A stretch of DNA of 63,313 nt, the filler included, from Reticulomyxa filosa (Eukaryota > Protista > Foraminifera), in assembly GCA_000512085.1 (NCBI GenBank). It is 9 parts of 9 records of this genome, joined end to end, with 100 filler letters (N's around TTAATTAATTAA, not from the genome) between each part and the next. Parts side by side here need not be neighbours in the genome. Positions count along the whole stretch, not along the records: positions 22,828 to 28,925 come from ASPP01031770.1; positions 29,026 to 36,964 come from ASPP01000299.1; positions 37,065 to 43,818 come from ASPP01012417.1; 6 more parts are not named here. The stretch is one strand, 5' to 3'. A model generated the notes under the pieces. The model made no database searches. It had not been told where the DNA came from and saw only the letters and a program-made list of their open reading frames with translations. This document shows, piece by piece, positions 26,644-38,139 of the stretch (position 1 is the first letter of the stretch; the number at the start of each line of letters is the position of its first letter). The translations under genes and the position numbers were made by a program.

Positions 26644-27120
26644 TTAATTAAATTTAACCTCTAAAATTTCATAATACCTCAAACCTTTAGGCGTGTGAAC
26701 TTCTATTGAATCCCCCTTAAATTTTCCTAAGCTTGCTTTAGCAACCGGAGATGAAAATGAAATATGCCCCTTAGTTAGATCAGCTTCATAGTCGCTAACA
26801 ATTCTATAGCTAACTTTTTCTTCTGTTTCTTCATCAATCAAAGTTATTAAAGCACCAAAGATAATTTTATCACCGGAAAGTTTGCTGCTATCAATAACTT
26901 CTGCACGTGATAATTTGCTTTCTAGATCTGCAATTTTTGCTTCTATGAATCCCTGTTTTTCTTTCGCAGCATGGTATTCAGCATTTTCTGATAAATCTCC
27001 ATGAGCACGAGCTTCAGCAATTGCGCTTATAACAGCTGGACGTTCTACAGATTTCAAATGGCCAAGCTCTTTACTAAGCTTTTGATTTCCCTCAGGGGTT
27101 ATAGGAAATTTATCTAACAT
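26644..27120 (-). CDS. greA: Transcription elongation factor GreA
   Basis: [41 protein letters not shown]. Confidence 0.98.
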   Translation of the reverse strand: MLDKFPITPEGNQKLSKELGHLKSVERPAVISAIAEARAHGDLSENAEYHAAKEKQGFIEAKIADLESKLSRAEVIDSSKLSGDKIIFGALITLIDEETEEKVSYRIVSDYEADLTKGHISFSSPVAKASLGKFKGDSIEVHTPKGLRYYEILEVKFN

Positions 27121-27295
27121 AATTATGCCTTATTTTAAAATTATTAAGAGTTGATAATAATAACAAATTAAAGAAAAATCAAGTTGGGTAATAACAATAT
27201 AACACCTAAGCTATAAATAAATTAAAATTTCAAGTACTTCATTATAAATCTAAAGCTTTTATTTAAAACTATTACTAAATTCATTGAATATTGAT

Positions 27296-28546
27296 TTATA
27301 ATTTATTTTTAAATTTTATTATCCATAATTCAGTATAAACTTTATTCAATTCAGTTACTGGTTCATAAGTATCATCAAGTACATAATCTCTTCTTGAAAC
27401 ACTATTTATACCAAAGTCATTATCATTAGTAATAGCAATTGTTTTTTCATTTACTTTTGCTAATCCTTCAAGCTTATTTTCTTTCCAGTCCAATTGCTTC
27501 ATATCTAGTACAGGAAATTTTTTAGCAAAGTGAATGCCTTTTAAGTCCTTAGCTTCACCGTATTCTAACTCCTTACCATTCGGTAAATATAAATTAGAAA
27601 TATCTGAAGCTTTAGATACATCAACTTTGAACACTTTATTTTGGAATTTACCATCTTTCCTAACTCCTTTTTCGATCAATAGTAAATGATCATTATCCAA
27701 AGCATCCATATCTCCTATACTTACATCAGCTGATTTTAAATAATCATCTTTATCCAATAAGTATGCGAACATTTTAACTTTAAAAGTATACGGATCTACT
27801 TCAATGATTCTAATAAAACTAGCTTTATCTTTGGTTTCATTGTTTATATCCAAAGTACCTTCTAGTGCTGCATATATTTTACCATTTGGCGATACACTTA
27901 AAGCTTCAAACCCTTTATTTCTTTGTCTAGATTGAAGTACTTTAGGTAAACCACTACCAGGTTTAAATTGTCTAATTATATTACCGTTCTTAGGATTAAC
28001 TATATTAATTGATGGAAAGAATTCATCACCTATAACAAAATTTCCATCTTTATCAATCGCTAAACTTTCAGGATCCAAATCTGGAATTAAATCAACTTGA
28101 TTTAGATACTTATCCAACGGAACTTCATAAAATGAATCATCCAGCTTATATGGAACGCCAGTTATTTCCTTTCCTTTCATTTTAATTGAAATAAATCCTT
28201 CCACAAATGCTCTTTGATTATTAACTTTTATTTTCACAATCTTAGGAGAATATTGCGGATACAACATTGCTATGTTTCTATCATTAGACGGATAATTTGG
28301 CGCTCTATCAGTTAGGCCATAGAATATCAAATCACCGTTATCATCTTTACCAGCAAACTTTAAGCTAGAACCGATTCCAGTATAATGACCTTTAGAAGCT
28401 TTAATTATTTCATTAGATAATGCTATTTTATATTTCTTTATATCTTCTATTTCAGTGGAATAGTTTCGATAATCATTACTTTTACACCCTACTAGCACAG
28501 TTAAGGCGAATAGTAACACTAAACAATTATGGATCATCTTATACAT
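27296..28546 (-). CDS. Lipoprotein of the 'esterase-like activity of phytase' family
   Basis: Lipobox LVGC; TDRAPN, DPESLA, GDEFFPSI, NKGFEAL, KLEGLA, NDNDFG. Confidence 0.85.
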   Translation of the reverse strand: MYKMIHNCLVLLFALTVLVGCKSNDYRNYSTEIEDIKKYKIALSNEIIKASKGHYTGIGSSLKFAGKDDNGDLIFYGLTDRAPNYPSNDRNIAMLYPQYSPKIVKIKVNNQRAFVEGFISIKMKGKEITGVPYKLDDSFYEVPLDKYLNQVDLIPDLDPESLAIDKDGNFVIGDEFFPSINIVNPKNGNIIRQFKPGSGLPKVLQSRQRNKGFEALSVSPNGKIYAALEGTLDINNETKDKASFIRIIEVDPYTFKVKMFAYLLDKDDYLKSADVSIGDMDALDNDHLLLIEKGVRKDGKFQNKVFKVDVSKASDISNLYLPNGKELEYGEAKDLKGIHFAKKFPVLDMKQLDWKENKLEGLAKVNEKTIAITNDNDFGINSVSRRDYVLDDTYEPVTELNKVYTELWIIKFKNKL

Positions 28547-29436
28547 ATGAATACCTATATTTTATTGATAAATATTTAGAACACAAAGAACTTGTGTGTT
28601 GGAACCCTTATATGAGCAAAACTTTTTATCGTAGTCAAGAAGCGAATTGTTAATTAAATTTATAGTTTTTGAGAATCTTTTATTTGTTCATCGATCGCAT
28701 CAAGGATTTCCCTAGTACTTAAGCGTCAACCATTTCTTTTAAATTTATAAGTAAAATCTCCTATAAAACTAACATATGAAAAGTACAAGCGTATGTCAGC
28801 TTTAGAAAAAAATTCTTTCTCAATTTCAAGATTACTACAGTTTAGCTCTTTGATAAAAATAAGATACTCCACATGAGGAACTGTCAAGTCCCCGATAAGT
28901 AGTCCGGTTTTAAGTTAGTAATAAANNNNNNNNNNNNNNNNNNNNNNNNNNNNNNNNNNNNNNNNNNNNTTAATTAATTAANNNNNNNNNNNNNNNNNNN
29001 NNNNNNNNNNNNNNNNNNNNNNNNNAGATTTGTTATAAAATGTTGTATATCATCAAATAAATATAATGATGTGTTTATAGGTTTAAATGGTTCAAAATGT
29101 ATTGACATTTTTTTTTCTTTTCCATTATATCTCATTTACTGTACCACTAAACCATTTTTAGGTACTTTATTATATACTTTTTATTCAACAAAATTAATAA
29201 GTAAAAGTTGAATATTGATATAAAAAAGTTACAATTTTTCTTATGCCCAAACGGATAAATATTGTTTCTAATCGTTTTCACTGTTTTTGTAAGTTGCAGT
29301 AAATTTGTTGGGATAACCTTACATAAATTGTAAACAAATAGTAATCGCTGCATTGTATTTAAAAAATCACAAAAGTTTGCGTAGGAGTTGTAAAATTTTT
29401 TTTTTGCCAGTCCCCTCTAATAAAAAAATTTGAAGA

Positions 29437-30829
29437 ATGATCACTTCTCTTACTGAAAAAAATATTCTAACTCAATTTTCATTGGTAACCTTTGTTTCAC
29501 TTCTTTTAGCATTTTATTTGTCTTCAGATTAAATTGTAATTTATTATTGATTCAGTCAGAAGAAGACGAAATTAAACTAATTATTGAGCATTGGATCCGA
29601 ATATTAAATATTAAATTAGGATGGATTCATGACTTTGACAAGCTTGTCTTCAATTATGTTATAATCTTTATTTTTTTATTTATTGTTTTTCATTCAACAT
29701 CAAATAAATGTTGAAATATATTTTTACACAGGCAACTACAGTCTTCATGTTGGATACGTTTCGTTCATCATATAAATTACTCAAAACATTCGATGGACAT
29801 ACTAAAGGTGTGAATAGTATTGACTATCTAGAGTTTGCTGGTGGTCAAATTTTTTGTTCTGGATCAAATGATAAAAAAGTCCGTATATGGAATGTAGATA
29901 CCACCAAACAAATTCAATTATTCAATAAACATTCAAGCTATGTTTATTGTGTAAAATATTCACCATATCATTACTATAACCACCTTCGTAATGTTGTCTG
30001 CTCTTCATCAGAAGACAGGACTATTCGTATTTGGGATATCAAAGATAATCAACAATTGCAAGTATTCAATGAACACCTAAGTAGTGTTTACAGCATTGAA
30101 GTCTCGTCATTTAATGGCGGTAGATATTTGTGTTCTGGATCATGGGATAATACTGTTCGTTTATGGGATGTTGAAATATCCAAATCATTACACGTTTTCG
30201 ACAAACACGAAAATCATGTTTATTGTGTTGATTTTTCACCATTGCAAAGTAATTACAACAAGAATGACAAAAAAAGTAATGGTATCGGCATTGTCGGTGG
30301 TAACGGATATACCATTTGTTCTGGATCACATGATAAAACAATCCGTATCTGGGATATTGAAACGGCTAAACAATTGCTTGTATTTCATGGACATAGACAT
30401 GCTGCCGTTAGTGTAAAATATGGGTCAAATAAATTAGGAATTGGTGGTGGTGCAAATACAATACTATCTGGATCAAAAGATTATAGTATTCGTTTGTGGG
30501 ATATTCGATCTGGTCAACAAATCCAAGTGTTCAATGGGCATACATTTTTTGTGAATGCTGTCGAATATTCACCATTTGTGGTAAATAATACCAAAATTGG
30601 TGGTAGTTCAAATGTAATATGCTCTGGATCAGAAGATAGTACAATTCGTTTTTGGGATATTCGATCGAATAAAAAAGAGTTGTTTATGATTAAAGGATAT
30701 CACAAAGACAGTCTTAAAGTATTATGTCTTAAATTCCTACAATTAAAAAAGGACTGCAAAAGCAATTATGGTCGTTATATTAATTTATGTTGTGGTACAA
30801 AAGATGGTTCAATTCGTATTTGGGGATAG
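29437..30829 (+). CDS. WD40-repeat protein (3 exons) with a short helical N-terminal motif
   Basis: Exons MITSLTEK...|SEEDEIKLIIEHWIRILNIKLGWIHDFDKLVFNY|ATTVF...; repeated GH...CSGS.D.TIRIWDI; ends IRIWG*. Confidence 0.92.
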
Positions 30830-31208
30830 TGTTAACATAACCTATTTCAGGCATTTCTATTTTTTCATAAACATTCTGTTTGCAATTACTAAAATGAACC
30901 ACTTTTTTCAAATACAAATAAAATCATGTAATTTTTAAATGGCTCAATTTTTTTTTCTAAAGTAATAACAATCTAATTTTAGTTAGTGGCATAACATGAA
31001 ATGAAATGCAACAAACAGACTTCAAAAAACTATAACAATTCAACTATTTTTTTTTGCATTCTACTATTCTTTTTATTGAATGTTTTTTCTTATAAAAAAT
31101 GTTTAATTCCTGTTTGTTGTTTTTATTATAGAGCCATCATGATTTGCATAGTGATAAAAATTTGTTGTATGTGAGTGTTGAAAAATTGCTTGAGTTGATT
31201 GTTACATC

Positions 31209-31457
31209 TTGAAATGGAGTGTCAAGTCAGGTAAATTAATAATTCAATTAGAAGGATATTCTGGTTCGATTGAAGACGTGCAATGTTTACCTGACGGGCA
31301 AATTATTGTATCATGTTCATTAGACCATACAGTTTGTTTATGGAATTTGAAATTAGGTGTAGAAATACAAAAATTAATTGGTCATTCAAGTGATGATGGT
31401 AACAAGATTGTATCAGTTTCTAAAGATGGAAGAATTCGATTGTGGGTATCCTTATGA
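31209..31457 (+). pseudogene. WD40-repeat fragment
   Basis: IVSCSLDHTVCLWNL, LIGHS, GNKIVSVSKDGRIRLW; internally deleted, no ATG. Confidence 0.7.
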
Positions 31458-31598
31458 AAATTCTTACAACAATTTTTTTCATCTTGTTATAAAAAAAAAA
31501 AATAAATAATTTTTTGTATTATTTTTGAAGGACATAACTATATCACTTCTTTGTAATTTTTCAAAAATAACTTTTATCAATAATTTGTTTAAAGTAAA

Positions 31599-33194
31599 TT
31601 ATATATCACATAATACTTTAATCTTCGCTTTTACTTCCAATGTCTCTTTGTCATACTCGCCCAATATTATACTGTATACCTTCCATGCTTCTTCATAATG
31701 TCTACACGCCGCTTTTATTTCATTTTTCTTTTCGAATACAAATCCCAAATTCCAATTCGCATCAGCAACGGTTCTGCTTGTATTTCCAAATAGATGTTTT
31801 CTAATTTGTAGTGATTGCTCATAACATTCAATCGATTTGTTGTATTCTCCTTTTTTACTATATGACATTCCTAAATCCTTGTACGATCTTGCAACTTCAC
31901 AATGATTCATTCCAAATATGTCCAACCTAATCATCAGTGCTTTTGTATTACATTCAATTCTTTTATCAAATTCTCCTGTTTTGCCATATGAAATGCCAAT
32001 ATTTGAGTATGATTGAGCAACATTTTCATGATTGTCTCCAAAAATATTGACTCTGATCTGTAGTGCCTTTTCGCCACTTTCAATAGCTTTGTCATACTCT
32101 TCATTGTTATCATAGGCCAATCCTAAATTGTTATATAGATTGGCTACCCAGCCGTGATTGATTCCATAAACACTTAAACCTATTTTTAAAGATTTCTTAT
32201 AGCATTCAATTGCTTCATCATATCGCTCCGCTTGGTCATAACAAATGCCTAAAGTATTGTTTAAATCAGCAACGTAAGGATGATGTGATCCAAAATAGTG
32301 GATTGAAATATCCAACGCTTCGTATAAATAACGAATAGTGTCCTCATAACATTGTTTTTCTAAGCAATCATTTGCCTCATCTTGGAGATTTTGAAGTAGT
32401 ATTGGAATGTCATGATGAATTTTGATATTCCATTGAATAGGTGAAACATACAATTTCAATTTTTCATCAACAATGCAATTATTTGAAATAAAAAACTGAG
32501 TTGATATATTCACATTCCCTTTACAACGTATTTCACAATTGATACCATATACATTCCCATCAATGTCTATATTATCCAATATCACTAATTCTTGTTTCAA
32601 AATATGTACCCAATATTCTCCAAATTGAATTTTTTCAACTTTGTCATCATTGGCCAATAGTCTACGGAATGAACACTTATTGTCATTGCAATATATATTT
32701 AATTCTGTTGAATTTTCCCAATACGAAATAAGGCTAGATACCACAATTAAACCTTTTTCATTGTGTTTCATCATTTGTGAGACAATTTCGACAGCGGTGA
32801 GATTTGATTTTTTCCAGTCAATTGACCAATGCTTGTGAAAATCCAAAGTTTGAGTGGAAATAGATAAAAAGTGATAATCTAAATGAAAATGAAAATTAAA
32901 ATGATGTTAATATTATTAAAATATTTTTATGATTATTTTAATAAAAAAAAAAAAAGATAAACCTGTTTGAAAATAGGCAAAAAAATGAAGTTGACAATCT
33001 TGAAGAGATTGTTGAACTTGTTGGTCTGTTTCAATGTTTTGGTCATTAGTGTCAGTAATTTTAATCAGGTCAGTTTTTTGCTCAGATACTTTGCTTATTT
33101 CTGTAATTTGTGCTTTTAATTCTTCAATTGTCAAAGAGTTCAAGGTAAATTCATAATCTTTTGAATTAATTGTTACAATACCTTTCCAAGACAT
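31599..33194 (-). CDS. TPR-repeat protein (kinesin-light-chain-like 42-aa TPRs); exons 33194-32963 and 32878-31599
   Basis: An 84-nt GT-AG intron joins the 92-aa ORF in frame to the 415-aa ORF; repeats HPYVADLNNTLG, VANLYNNLGLAY, VAQSYSNIG, VARSYKDLG. Confidence 0.9.
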
Positions 33195-33887
33195 TTTTTT
33201 ACTTCAAACTTTTTTGTTTTTTTTTTTAGACCTCCTCAAGTTTTATTATTGTTATGCACACATACTTTTTAAAAATAAAACTATTTTTTTTTTCATTATT
33301 TTAATAATTAGTGTTTGTTTTTTTTTACATCATAATAAAATAACAGTTTAAGGAGGAATATGGTTAGAGTGCTATCTCAAAACACTAAAATCTCTGTCTC
33401 TTTATGCACACTGTTGTTCTTTTTTCTTGATTTTTTAAGTGAGGGCAACAATAATAAAACTTGAGGAGGTCTAAAAAAAAAAACAAAAAAGTTTGAAATA
33501 AAAAAATGTCTTGGAAAGGTATTGTAACAATTAATTCAAAAGATTATGAATTTACCTTGAACTCTTTGACAATTGAAGAATTAAAAGCACAAATTACAGA
33601 AATAAGCAAAGTATCTGAGCAAAAAACTGACCTGATTAAAATTACTGACACTAATGACCAAAACATTGAAACAGACCAACAAGTTCAACAATCTCTTCAA
33701 GATTGTCAACTTCATTTTTTTGCCTATTTTCAAACAGGTTTATCTTTTTTTTTTTTTATTAAAATAATCATAAAAATATTTTAATAATATTAACATCATT
33801 TTAATTTTCATTTTCATTTAGATTATCACTTTTTATCTATTTCCACTCAAACTTTGGATTTTCACAAGCATTGGTCAATTGACTGGA
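32813..33887. repeat. Long inverted repeat: arms 32813-33253 and 33447-33887 (441 bp each), 193-bp spacer
   Basis: The arms are reverse complements, including homopolymer lengths; I found one mismatch, in the 5' UTR (TTTGAAGT vs TTTGAAAT); the ORF track shows two identical 92-aa ORFs on opposite strands. Confidence 0.95.
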
Positions 33888-34867
33888 TAAAAGCGAATTG
33901 CGAAGCTGCCAAAATAGTTAGACAAACACTTAATGCGAACAAACAGGGATTAGTTTGTGTGGTAAAGTCCAAGCCGAGATGGCAAATTGAAGCAAATGAA
34001 GATTCGGTCACAATGAGGTCTAGTTTTTCGGTGATAGCATTGAAAAGCAACGACGGAATGGAAGTAAAGCAATTTGGGGATTACTGGGTGTATCTATTGA
34101 AATATAAGGTGGTGAGATTGCACAAAGTGGAAATTGATGGAAATGTGTATGTAATTGGCTGTGAAATTCAATGCAAAGACAATGTGACGATCACGACTCA
34201 GATGATTGTCACCAAGACTGCTATCATTGATCAAAGATTGAAACAATCTCATTCACAGATCGAATGGAATGCTATCATTCATCACGATGTCCCATTACAA
34301 CTTCAAGAGCTCCAAGACAAAGCCTTTGAGCATTCAAACGAAGGACAGCTTTGTGCTGCCTTTGAATGTCTGCAAAAGGCTGTCAAAATTGCCATTGATA
34401 CCTTTGGATCGGATCATCCTTATGTTGCGGATGCATACAGCAATTTGGGAATTGCCCACAGTAAACAACAGAAATTTGATGAGGCTTTGAACTGCTATGA
34501 AATTGCAATCAATATTTGCTTGAAAGTCTTTGGGGATGAACATGGCTGGATTTGTAATTTAAATGATCACATTGGCCTTGTTTATCAAAACCAAGGAATA
34601 TACGATACAGCTATTCAATATCATCAACGTGCTTTAAAAATCAGAAAATGTGTTTTTCAGAAACCTACAGAATTGACCGGCGATGCCAGTTGGAATCTCG
34701 GACGCTTGTTTGAATACAGATACGATAACCTAACTGCACTCAAATATTATGAAGATGCGTGGAATGTGTATAGTACAATGTCAGGAGAGTGGCACCCAAA
34801 AACAATAGAGGCAAAAGATAAAACAGCAAGCCTTTGTAAACCCATAGTAGATGTGGATGTTTTATAA
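33506..34867 (+). CDS. TPR-repeat protein, divergent paralogue; exons 33506-33737 and 33822-34867
   Basis: ACAG|gttt...ttag|ATTAT splice gives QT-DYHFLSISTQTLDFHKHW; TPRs HPYVADAYSNLG, ICNLNDHIG, TGDASWNLG. Confidence 0.9.
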
Positions 34868-35159
34868 AATTTTCTTTTTTCTTTTTTTTTCCGTTGTTAT
34901 TTTTAAAAAAAAAAAAAAATATTAAAGAAACTTTTCACACTCTGAAAGCAGTCTTTTTGGTCAAAGTGAATAAAATAGCATTAAAATCAAATTAAACGTG
35001 ATACAAACTTACAAAGGTTATAATTCGAAAAATATTTAAAGTTTTCGGTTTAGCCTGGTTTTTACCCTTCTAGTCAGAACAAACTGTTTTTTAAGTTAAA
35101 TAACGAGTCAAACATTTTATCAAGCAAATTAGAAGAAAGCATATTCTAAAAAACATAAA

Positions 35160-36275
35160 ATGAGCACTGACAAAAATAATGAACAAGTAGTTAATAAAGA
35201 AGGAGTAACTGTAAACGAAGAACAAAAAACAGACAAAGAAAAACCAACCGGAAAAAAAAAATGCGGCAAAAGTGAATGTGACGAAGAGGTTGTGTCCTCT
35301 CGGACATATTGTTCAAAGTATCACAACAAGCATGAAATAATTCTAGATCATTTAAGACGTTATGAAGAAGAGAAGGACCAATTCGGGATAGAGTTGTGTC
35401 AAGGATTTTTAAATAGCAGTGGAAAAAATTCATTGCAGCCAAAGGGGAAAATATCAGTACCTCCTGCATGTACTGGCGCAAACACTTTGTCCGAATTTGC
35501 GCAGCAATTTTGGGATAAATATGGTGATGCTTTGTTGGCTATGGCAGGAGCAAAAACCTTAAAACCGAATAGACGTCGACACACTGATTTGGAAAAGCGA
35601 GCAGAAGCTGTAGCCGAATTGCTTGTCAAAGGAAAATTTAAAACGCTTCGCTTGATGGACGGGCATGGTCGAATATTATTTTTAATTTTGAGGCATCTGA
35701 TTGCTCGGAAAGAAGAAGATTTTGTCAACTCCTTGGAAATAGAGCTTGTTGACACTGATGCAGGTGTACATGCTTATCACAAGGGTGCCTTTGTTGGCAA
35801 AGGATGCGAGAATATCAAAGCAATTTGCAAAGATATATTGGACATGAAGATATCCCCTACGACCCTTGTCTATTTGAACTTTTGTGGCATAATACATTCT
35901 ATTGAAAAAGCTGAGGCCTTCTGCGAGAAATACGAGAAGAAGCAAATCAGTTTTGTCCTGTCGTTTTCAACACGAAACATAGAAAACTCAGAACCTATTA
36001 GTAATTTGAAAAAAGCCTTAGATATAGTTTTCATCAAGCTGGAGACAGGCAGAAATAATTTTTTAACGTATATGTTCAATCCGGCAATTCCTCCTGAAAA
36101 TCAACAGATTCCTACTTCGAAAATAGTCCCAAAGGATTCTTCGGCGACTGTTGGACAAAATGATGTCTCGAAGACTCCTCTGCCTGAACCTCCTTCAAAT
36201 CGCAGTACCAGGCCTTTAGCGACGGTTTCTAACACTATGGGCCTGGCGAGTACTGAAGGGGAAGATGCAAGTTGA
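35160..36275 (+). CDS. Intronless 371-aa hypothetical protein; C-x4-C-x10-C-x3-H cluster plus putative class I SAM-methyltransferase-like domain
   Basis: Long clean ORF; CGKSECDEEVVSSRTYCSKYH; LRLMDGHGR...IELVDTD...ICKDIL...LVYLNFCG...FVLSFSTR; fold assignment is inference. Confidence 0.6.
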   Translation: MSTDKNNEQVVNKEGVTVNEEQKTDKEKPTGKKKCGKSECDEEVVSSRTYCSKYHNKHEIILDHLRRYEEEKDQFGIELCQGFLNSSGKNSLQPKGKISVPPACTGANTLSEFAQQFWDKYGDALLAMAGAKTLKPNRRRHTDLEKRAEAVAELLVKGKFKTLRLMDGHGRILFLILRHLIARKEEDFVNSLEIELVDTDAGVHAYHKGAFVGKGCENIKAICKDILDMKISPTTLVYLNFCGIIHSIEKAEAFCEKYEKKQISFVLSFSTRNIENSEPISNLKKALDIVFIKLETGRNNFLTYMFNPAIPPENQQIPTSKIVPKDSSATVGQNDVSKTPLPEPPSNRSTRPLATVSNTMGLASTEGEDAS

Positions 36276-36643
36276 TTTTTTAATGTATTTGTTATTTGGT
36301 ATTTTTATTATTAAAATTATTTAATTTTTGAAACTTATCAAAAAATGTTTCAAAACTACTGGTGTCATTTCACTCATTTTTTTTTAAAGACACCATAGCA
36401 CTCTCTTTCTAAAAAAGGGCTGCAATAACATGTTAATTATATTTTTCGAAGTATTTTTTGGCACTTACGAGAGCAACAATTTACAAAAAAGAAAAGTACA
36501 CAAATGAGAAGGGTACACACAATGTGATGGTAAAATACACAATTGTGTGGCAATTGTTACGAAATTTGATGATTAGCAAAGGAGAAAGATACGCTATGAA
36601 GGCAAGTACACAGCAAAAAAAAAAAGTTCTTCCTTCTTTTTTT

Positions 36644-36964
36644 TTAAAAAAGAAATAAAGTGTCGAGTTCATGTTTGATGTCTTGCCTGCATTGTGCGAT
36701 TTCATCCTTGAGCATGGATTGCATGTGTTCTGGCAAGCAAGTCAAAACTGAGTCGCAAAGTCGGATAGAAGAAGCGCTCTCTCGTAGATTAGAATACATA
36801 ATCTTGCGAGCTTGAATTAATTGGTCTCTGACTTTTTTGGTGATATCATCTTCAATATCTCTCCAAGCGCTGCGATAGTGAAGAGCATCTGTGATTTTTT
36901 CAATGGCCTTGTTCAGCTTGGCATAGAGTTCCTTGGGTGTGGCATGCAAAGAAGAGGAGTAGTA
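36644..36964 (-). CDS. Internal exon of a truncated helical protein of unknown function
   Basis: Open frame from the contig edge (ATPKELYAKLNKAIEKITDALHYRSAWRDIEDD...) running into an intron-like T-rich tract. Confidence 0.5.
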   Translation of the reverse strand, partial: YYSSSLHATPKELYAKLNKAIEKITDALHYRSAWRDIEDDITKKVRDQLIQARKIMYSNLRESASSIRLCDSVLTCLPEHMQSMLKDEIAQCRQDIKHELDTLFLF

Positions 36965-37117
36965 NNNNNNNNNNNNNNNNNNNNNNNNNNNNNNNNNNNN
37001 NNNNNNNNTTAATTAATTAANNNNNNNNNNNNNNNNNNNNNNNNNNNNNNNNNNNNNNNNNNNNCAAAAAAAAAAAAAAAACAACAAAAAAAAAGGGGGG
37101 GGGGGGACACTTATGTT

Positions 37118-38092
37118 TTAATAATAGCTGGGTGATTGTTCAGGACGATACAATTTGGTTTGTTTTTGGTCATTAGGTGTGGAAGGTAGTGGACGAGCAG
37201 GGAAAGATGTACTTTTGGAGGAATTGAGCCCACTTTTGGTAGTGATATGCAAGCTAGGATTGAAAGGTCTATACGTGCTGGACAATCTCTTGGGATGAGA
37301 AGTGAGCGGCATATCAGCAATGGAGTTGGCAGACGAGACGTTATTGCCACTATTGCTAGTGCTACTGCTGCTATTACTGAGAAGAATGCTGCTGCTATTG
37401 TTGTGATTGTTGACAACAGCATAAAAAAAAAAAGAAGAAGAAGAAGAAGAAGAGGAAGAGGAAGAGCCAGAATTATTAGCAGTCGCAATCAAATGAAGCA
37501 TTTGTTGCCACATATTTCCACCTTTGGCAGAAAAGCGTAAGGCTTTGATCCAGCGATCGCGAATCTGTTTCAGTTTGAGGTCGTCTGCGTTATCTTTGTC
37601 CTCGTCAGGCATCAAGACGAACTTGATGCGTTCCATGTCTTTGCCGTTGAAAGCGGTGGGCGGAGAGACGATTTCGAATGCGTATTTGCTTTCCTTGTGA
37701 GTGATCGGGTTTGCAATGTATCCGGTGATGTTTAGACATTTGTCGCCTTTGGGACGGGAGTCGTGAAGGGTCTTGTAATACGTGAAGTAGCAGCCGCGCA
37801 GCACAAACCAGCGTTTCTGCTTTTTCATTTTGCCAAAGCGACTGGAAGTGAGAGTGACCAAGTAGCCCTCCAAGCTGATGGCAGCATCTTCCAAGTTGGC
37901 AAGGGCCTTCCGCCAGAACTCGCTCCACTCGCTAATTTTGACCTGGGCTTCGCGTAGCGGCACATTATCGCCAATGGGTTCAATGTTGACATCACCAGCG
38001 GGCGAGACGTACAAGAGATCGGAAAGAGTTTTAGTGCGTTCGTGTTTGTGTTCGTGTTCGTGTTCGTATTTGTGTTCATGTTCTGGATCACG

Positions 38093-38139
<47 letters not shown>

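Noticed and set aside
22728-29025. Horizontal transfer of a bacterial operon into the eukaryote genome
   Set aside because: Both junctions are artificial linkers, and the genes show no introns or eukaryotic flanks.
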